Translations under genes and position numbers: made by a program | From: Pelomyxa schiedti | Taxonomy: Eukaryota > Protista > Evosea | Direction: 5' to 3' | Assembly: GCA_020536535.1 (NCBI GenBank) | Contig: JAHLWZ010000791.1 | Location: 62,001-126,000, forward strand | Length of the DNA: 64,000 nt | Shown here: positions 28,198 through 38,396 of the stretch, one piece after another | Layout of the letters: every line of letters begins with the position of its first letter | Numbering within the stretch: the first letter of the stretch is position 1 | Notes under the pieces: model-generated | Databases searched by the model: none | What the model was told of the DNA's origin: nothing | Seen by the model: the letters and a program-made list of their open reading frames with translations, nothing else

Positions 28198-28376
28198 CGA
28201 AGGGGCGAAGGTGTCAGTGTTTTCCTCTATGAAGTCTTCGCCCAAAAACCCAAGGGGCGAAGGTTTTTGCTGTCACTTCCCTCTGGAAACCTTCGCCCCT
28301 AGGGCGAAGGTTTTTCCTCTCAAAAAGCCTCGCCCCATGGGGCGAAGCTTTTCCTGGGGCGAAGCTTTTTGAGAGG
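28195..28376. repeat. Left subterminal array of GGGCGAAG/CTTCGCCC motifs
   Basis: About 8 copies in both orientations, several forming short palindromes such as aaccttcgcccctagggcgaaggtt. Confidence 0.88.
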
Positions 28377-28414
28377 AAATAAGGTAAAAAGGTAGTATTT
28401 GATAAAAAACACTG

Positions 28415-29881
28415 TTAAACCTCTTTTTGCAAAAAGTGTGCTAGTGACAACAAAGCAGCCATTTGGTTCATCAAGCATTCCCAGGAGTTTTGGGCATCAG
28501 AAGATGACAGCCTACCTTTGCAACATGTCTGTTTCAGGTGTTTGTGCCACTTGTTGATTGCTTCACCAAGCTCTTGTTTCAAAATACTAGGAGGACCATA
28601 CAGCACAGCATCCCACCAAGAGTGCTCACACCAATAGTGTATAGTTGGGTTAAGTTGGTTCCCAAACAGTGCACATAAGGCCAACATCTTCTCCCTTGCT
28701 TCTTCCCATTGAGAATAAACCTCAGAAGTCAATTTCTCACAGTGTAACCAGTCATATGCAAACTGCAGTACACTTAAAAGAGAGGTTAAAATCTCCTTCA
28801 AGGTTTTAACCTCTGTCACATTTGGTTTCCATGCCAAGGGGAAACATTGCTCCAGCTCAACTTCCACCTTTGCATTTTTGATAAAACAAATATCAGTGAG
28901 ATACTGGCCATCAATCAGCTTTTTTGCTTTATTGGCCTGAAATGTCTTGTCAGGCCACTTTGGAGCAACTTGAACCACACAAGAAATCAACTGTGATGCC
29001 ACACCTGTGCATCCAACAGCCTTCAGCCACAGCACACAAGAGGCCAAGAGATTCAGCACCACATTTGCAAATGAGTGCAAAGGATCATACACCAAGCGCT
29101 TCAAGATTGACTTCAGCAGTTCTTTTTCTCTTTGAGAAGCAGAATAGTAATACCTCCAAATGTTTTCCAACCATTCACCAAGCTTATGCCTCACTAGAAA
29201 TTCGCAACCATCTTTGAAGCAAATGGGCTTGTCTTGGATGTTGATGTGTTTCCTAGAGGCATTTGGAGCAGCACAGTCAGAACACAAAGGAACTGCTTGC
29301 ATCCAGTCCACACAACAACAAGTTCTGATTGGCAGAGAAACAGTTTCATCAGCAATGACAAATTCAAGTGGTTTCCCATGCAAGAAATCCAAATAGTCAT
29401 TGAAGTGAATCTCTTGGTCAATCTCAGCAAGTAAAGACTCATTAACAGTCTCATTCACCTTCATCATGGCCACAGTGGCAAAGCAACTCTGCTTTTGAGC
29501 ATTGTGAACAGAAGATACACTGAGGCCATAAAACAGGTTCTTCCCCCACAGTTGTCTTCCATCAATGAACCCTTTGACCAAAACATGGGAAAGCCCATGA
29601 AGCTCCCACAGGTTGCTCTTGGTAATGTGATCCACAAGAAAATGAAACACAGCAGGACAGGAAGCATATGCTCCATTCCTGGGATCACTCATTGCTGATA
29701 CTTGTGCCCACTCACTGTGTTTCTTGACACACTGTGAGATTGCCAACTTCCGTTGCGGAATATCTAATAGCTTCCCAAGAAGAGACCACTTGGCATTGGA
29801 CAAGTTCAGTTGAAGCTTAACAAAGGTGCAAAGTGCAACAGCTTCTGCTCTCTCTCTTTCATTGAGGTGTTTTTTGAACAA
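28415..29881 (-). CDS. RAG1-core/Transib-like DDE transposase (488-aa terminal exon)
   Basis: LVKGFIDG (D107), TVAMMKVNETVNESL, CCVDWM (D192), ICFKDGC, YDPLH, FQANKAKKLI, HYWCEH and GPPSILKQELGEAINKWHK (E440). The order is collinear with the RAG1 motifs VKESCDG, PLCLMLADESDHETL, GYDEK, CTLC, IDALH, MNGNFARKLM, HKTLAH and GSIGAWASEGNESGNKLFR. Confidence 0.85.
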   Translation of the reverse strand: MFKKHLNERERAEAVALCTFVKLQLNLSNAKWSLLGKLLDIPQRKLAISQCVKKHSEWAQVSAMSDPRNGAYASCPAVFHFLVDHITKSNLWELHGLSHVLVKGFIDGRQLWGKNLFYGLSVSSVHNAQKQSCFATVAMMKVNETVNESLLAEIDQEIHFNDYLDFLHGKPLEFVIADETVSLPIRTCCCVDWMQAVPLCSDCAAPNASRKHINIQDKPICFKDGCEFLVRHKLGEWLENIWRYYYSASQREKELLKSILKRLVYDPLHSFANVVLNLLASCVLWLKAVGCTGVASQLISCVVQVAPKWPDKTFQANKAKKLIDGQYLTDICFIKNAKVEVELEQCFPLAWKPNVTEVKTLKEILTSLLSVLQFAYDWLHCEKLTSEVYSQWEEAREKMLALCALFGNQLNPTIHYWCEHSWWDAVLYGPPSILKQELGEAINKWHKHLKQTCCKGRLSSSDAQNSWECLMNQMAALLSLAHFLQKEV

Positions 29882-30015
29882 ACTTGAAGGAGGAGTACAG
29901 TCTTGTTGTGTACCTTTTTGGAATACAAAAAAAATAAAGTGAAAATTTAAGTTCTGTTTGTGTTATGAACCATACAAGAAGAATTGGATTGAATCAAAGA
30001 TTGAAGAAACCTAAC

Positions 30016-31966
30016 TTCCTCTTGATGTGCCCTGGTATGAGCATCAATATCATTCTTATGAGCATCCAAGGTGCGTTTCTTCTCATCTTGCAGATCTTTG
30101 ATCCTGGAAAAAGTTACATGTGCAGTAAATTAGAGATCACATTGGCCAGCTCCTTGTCATGTGCTTCAATTGTCTTGGTCAGAAGGTGGTCAAACTGAGT
30201 TCGTTGTGTAGCCATTGCAATGTCATGTGTGTCTTGAAGGCTTTGTGTAACTTTTCAGGCATCAGCAAGCTGTGCTTTCAACATTGGGATTTGATCTTGA
30301 AGTGCCCCCTGTTTTGTGTTAGAAAATAATGGAAGGAGATGAACAGAATATAATACAGTTGCTAGGACCGTTGACTGCTGGAGACTATTCATTGTAGAGT
30401 GCACTAACTTAGTAGACAAACCTGGAACTGATTTCACAGGAGAACTCTGAAGCTTCAGTGTTGGCTTCTTGTTTGGTGGAGGAACCTCTTCATCATCATC
30501 ACCATCAACTGTCACATCATCTTGACTGCTGGATGCTGAGGAGCTCTTTGAGGGTGGTGCAGAGGGCTTTTGCTTGTGATGTACACGGCTTTCCCTAGCT
30601 TTTAACAGGTCAGAAGCCAGGCTCTTCACCTCTTGGTCTGGATCCTCATTCACAATTGAGGTGATTACTGGGATTCGCATTCCATTCATTTTTGATGAAC
30701 GAAGGAAAATGTCTTCCTTGTTTGGTGCCACAGTGATCCTCAAAGAAGCTTTTGATGACTTTGTGTTTTGAAAGATCTCAACAAGAAAAACTGGGGTGTC
30801 TTTGCTGCCCACTGTCACTTGCTGTCCAACATGTACTTCCAACTTCGTTTTCTTGTGAGTCTTGGTCCTTTGAAAACATGTGGCAGCAGTCCAGAAGTAC
30901 TTCCCATCAACTTCAGTCATTCCACCCTTGGGTTCCCAGGTACAACCTTTTTCATTTAAGGCTTGAAAAGCTTGCCTTTTCTTGATCTCTGCTTGTCTCT
31001 CTCTACTGGCTTGCACTGTGGACAACTCTTGAATGAAATTTGCTTTGCCCTCAAACTCGTGGTTAGCAGCCAGATCCAACACTTCCTTCAGAAAGGGGTA
31101 ACTGGATTCAGCCCAGCGCTTCACAAGACCTGCATCTGGTCTGCAGTTGTCAAGAACAATGCTATCTCTGATAGCACGGGCATCACCTTGTGAAGATGTT
31201 ATGCTTGAGAGTAAGTATATTTATCATTGTACCATTTCCCCTTAAAGGATCCTTGACAGAAGACTGAGTATGGTTGCCAGTGTCATCAGAGGGCTTAGGT
31301 GTGCTCACATTTACCCCTTTGGCGTGCTTTGTTGTGGAGTCTGATTGTATTTAAAGGTCAAAATGTAAAAATTGTTGTTGTACCTTTTTCAAGGGCAGTT
31401 GCAACACAAGGCTCAGTAGAGGTGCAAGGCAAATTTGAGTTTCTCTTTTCTGTTCCTTTGAAAGATGAGATGATTATAATGTCATTGTCAAACTCAATGT
31501 TACCTGGATTTGGGAACTCAGGTATTCTGACTTGGGTTACCTTGGAGGTATCCAACAGAGGATCTAATTCATGGGAAGTTCATGAGAGGGAGGGCTGCAA
31601 TTTAAAACACTACTTACTGATAGCACTAGTCAGATTTTGTGCTTGTTTTTGTGCTTCCATTAGATTATTTGAGACAATTGTTGGTTTGTCTGGTAGTGGA
31701 ACCACAATGGGGCTTGAAGGAGTCACTGGTGCTGAAGTGGTGTTCCCTTGACTTTCTGGATTATCACTCCCTCGTGACCTCCTAAAACATGCATTATGAT
31801 GGTAGAACAGACTACATAACACCCACAGAGGTATTACCTTGATGGTGTTGCACGCAAGGAATGTCAAAATTGACACTGTTGGTTGTGTTGCCACTTCAGT
31901 CATCTCCAATGATTCATTTGACTCACACTGAGATGTTTGGGACTGTTGCAGATGCCTTTTCGACAT
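30016..31966 (-). CDS. Transposon upstream spliced module (N-terminal extension or second gene): Ser/Thr-rich, BAH-like segment, coiled coil; in-frame TGA at 30255-30257
   Basis: ORFs 31610-31966, 31358-31555 and 30255-31124 are on the transposase strand, with GT-AG gaps. Coiled-coil-like sequence continues past the TGA (KVTQSLQDTHD...; IKDLQDEKKRTLDAHK). Confidence 0.6.
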
Positions 31967-32036
31967 GTCCGCCTTGTTTGAGGGATATTTTTCTTTTTTT
32001 CACAGAAATCAGACCATCAAAACTTTTCCCTCAGTG

Positions 32037-32260
32037 AAACCTTCGCCCCACCAGGGCAAACACTTTGGCTCACTCAGTAAGGTGTTTGTCTACCACGTGG
32101 ACCTTTGTGCTTGTTGTTTGGAAGAGGTTGGTTACCCCCAAAACCTTTGCCCCTGGGCGAAGGTTTTGAGAGGAAAAAAAGCTTCTCCCCATGGGCAAAG
32201 AAAAAAGGGCGAAGGTGTCAGTGTTTTCTGCTATAAAGCTTCGCCCCAAAACCTCCGCCC
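32037..32260. repeat. Right subterminal array of GGGCGAAG/CTTCGCCC motifs (some decayed)
   Basis: Four perfect copies plus the variants gggcaaa and ctttgccc. Confidence 0.85.
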
Positions 32261-32275
32261 CATGATCCAGTTATG
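32259..32275 (-). repeat. Right terminal inverted repeat
   Basis: CCCATGATCCAGTTATG. Confidence 0.93.
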
Positions 32276-32599
32276 CCCCCCACTTCTTCAAAGAATGTTT
32301 GCTTTCTTGTTCGAGACAAGCTTGGACTGCGAGCAGTCCGAGCGTGCTCAGTGATTCACGGTCCACTTCAATCGAGGAAGTGGAACGTGAAGTTGAACGA
32401 ACCGGTGGTGTGATTAGGAGGAATAGTAAGTAGCGGACTCTTTTGTCCAGAGGTGCAATAAAGAAAGTGGTTTGATAAAATATAAGAAGCGGGGGATTAC
32501 ACGGCCCCTGCGACGGTTCGGGAACGGTTTGCGGAAAGTCGGGCGAAACGACCGGAACTGGGTTTTTCGAAGAACCCTTTTCGTCCTTTCTTTCAAAAC

Positions 32600-35112
32600 A
32601 TGGCACAGACAGGCGCGGGGGTGTTTACATGGAGACACATGGACTGTGTGGCGCGTCCGTCGGTGACGCCGACGACTACTCCCGAAATGCACCTTGTCAC
32701 TACCACGACGTCATCAACGACCCACGCAACTGCAACTGCCACTGCAAGTTGTTGTTTTGGGGGAAATGTTATGAATAGGAACTCACATTGTGGGGTGGTG
32801 CACAACGGGACCCTGTACGTGTACGGGGGATACGATGGCCACTCGGTGCTTGGTGTGCCAACTGGAATTTTCCCTCTTACTTTGTTTGTTTGTTTGGTTG
32901 GTTACTGGTAATAGGAGATATGGTGTCTCTGAACCTATGCAAGGTCAATGGCTTTACTGATAACCGCGTAGAGTGGGATATTGTCCCACAAATAAATGCT
33001 CCGAGTCCCAGACACAGTGCCACTGCTGTCCTGCATAAGAACTCAATGTAGGTTCTGAATGTGCCCGCTTTCTTGTTTGTCATTTATTTGACCACACTGT
33101 AAAGGTATGTCTTTGGGGGTGCCACTGAAAGTGGGGCAACCAATGAATTACTCTCATTCAATTTCTTGACAAAAAAGTGGGAAGTGGTTGTACCACATGG
33201 TGCAGTGGATTCTCCGCCTCCCCGGTATGTTAGGATATTCTATTCAACTTCCAGAATACCTTCTAAATTAAACAGGTGTGGACATTGCTCGGTGATATGG
33301 AAAGATTCCGTCGTTATACATGGCGGTTTCTGTGATCAGGACTCTTCAACAACTGAGGATTGTTGCCAACATCTCTGGAGATTCAGTTTACGCAGCCACA
33401 AGTGGTCCTGTCTCAGGGTGTGCGGGACAACCATTCCGGCGCCTCCACACTTCCATTCTGCCGTTTTAGTCAACAATCGGCTGTATGTCTTGGAAGGAAA
33501 GGGCGCAAAAACTGTAGAGAAGCACATCAGGTTAGTTCCCCAAAGGTTGACTCGAGAATATAACTAAAGAAGCCCGCAGTACTGCATTGACCTGAAATCA
33601 TTGACGCTCGAGCATCTTCCCATCCCCCCTCAACCATGGGCAGATATTTTTGGGCACACATGCACAGCTCTTGCCGGAACATCATTGCTTCTTTTTTTGG
33701 GTGGTTTCAGTGGAGCTGAGAATCATGCTGTCAGTAATGTGGCACTATTTGATATATCCAATTACCAGTGGACCAGTGAGTCAACAAAAAGCCTTTCTCA
33801 TTAATAATCAGTCGTTAAGATATCTCCTCAGAAGGAAATGTTGCTGCATTACACTTCCATGGGATTGCCTGCTCACCAGGAAAGTGAGGAACCTCCTTTC
33901 ATTTCCTTCCTATATCTTTATTAGAATATTCGTCTTGGGTGGAATTCCACAGAACTCTGAGCGTGCCGGTGACATGTTTTGGTGCTGCTCCAGGACTGGG
34001 TGTGATTTAGATGTGCTTTCCTCTCTTCCAGAACATCTTTTATGTTGCATTCTTCAGGTCCTTCCCCTCACTGATATCCTTTTCCGCCTGTCCCACGTGA
34101 GTTGCCAAACCCTTCTTTTCATTCAGTCAAGCTCTACCAAGGTCAATAAAGCACTGTACAAATTCTGCCATCAACAATCCACTATTCGTTCCATGGCCCG
34201 ATGTCATGGCATTTCGTTCCCAACTTGTCTTCTCGATCAGCTTGATCAGTTTAATAGGTTCCAGCAGCAAATTTATGAATTCTTGGCAGTGTGTTCTTAT
34301 CCAGATCGAATGTGGCTCCCAAGGAAGGACTTTACTTTGGTTCCATTGAAAAGAACATGTTGGGACATGAAAATTTGTGTTGTTGGTGCTCCTCAAGTTG
34401 GAAAATCAAACCTTATATTAAGATTCCGACAGGGTGTATGTATCCCACAATAAACAGTTCTCAGTGAATTTACCCCCAATTTAGATATTCGTGGAGGTTT
34501 GTGTCTCTTGTTGCAAGCATTGGCAAGTAACCTAAAAACCCCTCTCTTTTTTTAGCAGCTAGACCCATCATATGAAGGTGATGACGATTGGCGCAAGATG
34601 TTCCAAGTTTCAAATGAATATTCTTTTCCGCACTCATTTCTGAAAAGGTTGACACAGCGTTCTTTAGCGTCGATATAGTGGAAGAAGGTAAAGGTTTGAG
34701 TCAAAACCCCAAAATGTTGGAGCTATCGATCCAACATGCACATGTGTTATTTGTCTGTTTCAGTCTTGCTGAACCGGAGACTTTGGAATATGCCCGGAAT
34801 AAATTCCAGCAGATTAGAACAGTCCGAGGGACCGCTCCATGTCCAATTTTTCTGGTTGGGTGCAAGTCTGACCTATCTGATAATAATAGAAGCACTGTAA
34901 GCTTTGATGCTTTTTCCTTTGCTCACACCAACCGAATTCCGGTATGTGCCCATCCTTGTGCATTTTTCAATCACAGTTCTGTTTTCACACAGTATCTTGA
35001 AACATCAGCTAAACTGAACACCAATGTTGATGCATGTTTCCACCAAGCTGGGAAAGAATTCTTCCTTGCAACACAGCCCGAACCTCCCCCATCCAAATGT
35101 CTTTTGATGTAG
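32600..35112 (+). CDS. Kelch-repeat + F-box + Ras-like GTPase domain + CaaX fusion protein
   Basis: Kelch: LYVYGGYDG, YVFGGAT, VVIHGGF, LLFLGGF, IFVLGGI. F-box: LSSLPEHLLCCILQVLPLTDIL. Ras: KICVVGAPQVGKS, LVGCKSD, YLETSAK. The protein ends CLLM. The last kelch blade, the F-box and the P-loop lie in one ORF frame (33650-34453). Confidence 0.85.
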
Positions 35113-35181
35113 GAAAAAAAACCCGTTTTCAAAAACATACAAAGTATTTCATGCAAGAACCGAGTTTCTTTCTTATTACAA

Positions 35182-38100
35182 TTATAGGTGTGAGTATTGC
35201 GTGATTCTTCTTGGTTCAGCCTCACAGAACCAGTTGACAAACACTGCCCTGAGCGAAGCAATGCATGACGCGAAAACGCACTCGTCAGCAACTCGGCACA
35301 AACCACAGCAGCATGTGCGTGAAGCCGCTGCCTGGTTCTTGTAACATGCCTTGTGTGTGTGCATGTGCCACAGTGCAGTGTGTGATTGTTGGCAATCTGT
35401 CGAGAAGCAGAGTGACAGAACTGACAAGAGGCACAACGGGCTAACCACAAGGAATATCATGTCCACCCGGTACTGTGATGATGATGAGTGAGCGGTTTGT
35501 GTTGTTTTTAGATTACACACTTGAAAGTTGGACAAGTCCGGATCAATGTATGTCACGGCATATATTGCTGCGAAGTAGACATGACCCGCACCGGCCAAGG
35601 ACAACAACAGTAGCATTACAAAGCAAGAAAATACTGACAGGTAGTTGCGGAAGAGATAGAACAGGCCAAAGTGCCTTTGCGAGATTCGACAGAATACCTG
35701 GAAAAAAAGCAGCGCCACGACAAGACAGAGTGCAAACGTTATTACTGTGAAAATATTAACACAAATGGTGATTAATGTTAAGAGGTCAACATGATTTCTC
35801 AGCCGAGTAGGCTGAATCGTTCATTAGGGAAATTGTCCACTTCCAATTCTCATATGAGTCTCCCCAGGGACGAAACGCAAACCTCCATACAACGAAATAC
35901 AATGGCACCGCCAGTAACAGAAATAGTCCCCAACAGAGAAAAGCCAGTGCCACGGAAACTCGGTTGAGATACTGAGTGTCGGAAAAAGTTAGTTAACGTC
36001 ATTAATTTTTTTAGTGTTTATTCTTGCATACACTATTCACGCTAGTTTTGAAAAGAGAAATGAAGTCCACTTCTGTGTGGAACCACATTACAAGCAGGAA
36101 GCATGAGAATAGAACCAGAGATATTGCAACAGATGCAGTGCAACTGACTATGAGTTGGTTATGCTTCTCTGATGAATGAGTACTCTTGAACAAGTCATCA
36201 AGGATTTGTATCTGCTGAGAGTACCACATAAGGGACTCTGCCATTGGCAATTTAAAAAAAAGGGATTAGTTGTGGTAGTGAGTACCCGTGTAATCATAAG
36301 ACTCGGATTCAGGAATATCATTTTGAGAGAGGGCACTCTCTGTGTTTCCAGTTACTTTCTGAACGTAGTACGAACAGTAACTACTCTCACTCAAATAAAT
36401 GCAAAGTGAAAGAAGCACTACCTTTGTTTCTGTTGCCATAGTTGCCGGAACGAAATCAGCCTTTCTGTTTCACTTAGCAAAGGAAGAGAATCAGAAATCA
36501 ATACGCCTGGAGGACTTTAAGGAAGACATGGAGACGGAACTTGTGATTTCTACCTTGCGACATTGCAGGTGGGGCCAGTCCCAGAAGAGACATAATAGTT
36601 GATGCCAAGTCATACACGGCAGCAGGGCGTGAAGCTAGGGGTGGTTCCCCAATGAAACTTGAGTTGATGTTGCTATCTTTGCAGTAAATGGCCAGTGGCA
36701 CTTGCCGCACCCCTTATTTGTCGTTACACAGTGTTGTTGCGTTTTCGAAGTATCGGGAGTTGAGGTTACATTTTTCAGAGCCCCCGTGACCTCCTGGAGG
36801 TATGTGTCCATGATCGCCTGCAAATAGTATGACTGTGGAGTTATCCGAAGCAGCCAGAATGCTCTGGAGCAACTGTGTGGTGTTCGAAAGGGAACTTTGA
36901 AAGCTAACATAAGAAGTGAGTTGAAGGTCCACGGTAGATTATACTACTTATGTGATTGAGTCCCATATACATGGGCTACATTGTCTGTATCAACTAAGGC
37001 AGAGAGAATCAAAAAATATGGATTTGGCTGCTGTAATGTTGATGTGATCACCTGTGATAAACTTTGTTATTGACCAAGAGGACCAGTCAATTAATTGATT
37101 CTACTTGTGTAGAGAGATAGTCAAACTGAGTGCGAGAATGTGGCTTATCCTTGCATGCAACATATCCATACCCTTCGTCGTGTTACTACTCAACACACCA
37201 AACCAGAAGATATACCAGAAAAAGGGTCAAGGAGGGGCTCCACTGGCCAGAAACGGTCCCCTGAACTAGTGAGAACAATCCTTAGAAATGCACATACCAA
37301 TTATTGCCCGCATAATTTGAGTTGCCTGTGCAACCCTAATAATATTATCCTCGTCAATGTTTTTGTATCCGTTACCCACACTTCTAAAGAAGAGTTACAA
37401 CTATGGGGCAGTTTATTTGTTACCCAAAAAACTCAGGCTCCATTCCTGTAAGTAAACTCACCCAAGCCCCATCACTGAAGGCTGGAGAAATTGTATCCAT
37501 TTGTGAGACTCTCATATCCTTGGAATAGGAAGAGTTGTGCATAAGCTGGTACAAAGGGTTGTTGCCTTCTTCCACTAGATGCCAGCTAAACAAAAGAACT
37601 TCAGGTGAGGAAATGGGAGGCTATCACATACGGGATTCCATCAAGTGTAAGGTACAAAACTTTTCTAACTGGATGAAAAGGTAGTACTACCGGAAATAAA
37701 GAATCTCTAGATGCTTGAATAGACTTCATTTCTGTAAGACTCCAATAGCTATCCTGCATACCAACAAAAAAAATATAAGAACCCAGAGAAAAGCCCAACG
37801 ACCCACAATGATGCTAAGTAAAAGTAAAATCGAAACAAAAGTACAATCACGGGTAGTGAAGTGATCTTCAATTACATGAACACACATGGATTGAGCTCTT
37901 GTACATTGCAGATGCTACCATGCTGGCCAAAAATATAACTACAATAAGAGCCGAGAAGCATCCCACTGCCTTCGAGGGTGCCCACCGCCGAGGAGCCCTG
38001 TCCATCTTCACACTTGCGCGCTTCTCTGCCTGTCATTACAGGATTATGGGTCTGGTACATTGTGGCGTCGAAACAACAAACAGACAGACAGACAGACAGC

Positions 38101-38279
38101 ACCGGGGACTTCGAAAACTCGCCAAGTTGTGGCACACTCACCGCGGTTTTGGTGTGGTGTCGGTTGCCGTGATCGAGGGTGCTTTCTCCACCTGCATAGG
38201 GCTCATCCTCATCGGCACTGTCGTCATCATCAGATCCACCAGACAGTTCCACGTCCCCAGTGACCTGCTCACGTTTCAT
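35182..38279 (-). CDS. Alkaline-phosphatase-superfamily membrane protein (GPI ethanolamine-phosphate transferase-like)
   Basis: KVLYLTLDGI, WVSLLTG, ILFAGDHGHIPPGGHGGSE, VPLAIY and YDLASTIMSLLGLAPPAMSQG, with an N-terminal TM and multiple C-terminal TMs. Confidence 0.78.
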
Positions 38280-38396
38280 GGCGTAACCCCTGCCTCCAAC
38301 TCGCGTGCGAAGATTCGGTTTTTTTTTTGTTGTTACCCATCACCCGCGAAAGGACACTGAACAGTAACTGCGAAACGTCTCTTCCCAGAAAAGGAA

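Larger units (their letters stand above)
28181..32275 (-). mobile_element. RAG1/Transib-like DNA transposon (4095 bp)
   Basis: Perfect 17-bp TIRs CATAACTGGATCATGGG / CCCATGATCCAGTTATG, subterminal GGGCGAAG arrays at both ends, an internal DDE transposase ORF and a distinct CpG-poor composition. Confidence 0.9.

Noticed and set aside
28195-28376. Short interspaced palindromic repeats resembling a CRISPR array
   Set aside because: The motif is only 8 bp, with irregular spacing and mixed orientation, and it mirrors the other transposon end. The context is eukaryotic with no cas genes.
28054-30257. In-frame TGA codons as evidence of a variant genetic code or selenocysteine
   Set aside because: They occur only in the TE and the adjacent remnant. 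Conserved genes use TGG for Trp, and TGA serves as a normal stop (for example at 26586 and 48351).
28738-30735. CACAGTG (RSS heptamer) occurrences inside the element, near 28738, 29471 and 30729
   Set aside because: They lie within coding sequence, with no nonamer seen at 12/23 spacing, and are expected by chance in CpA/TpG-rich DNA.
32600-33990. Kelch-repeat gene about 325 bp from a RAG1-like transposon, as a possible RAG2-like partner
   Set aside because: It lies outside the right TIR, is divergent rather than convergent like RAG1-RAG2, has normal CpG content, and continues into F-box and Ras domains with no PHD. It is most likely a chance host neighbour. Reconsider only if other copies of the element also flank kelch genes.
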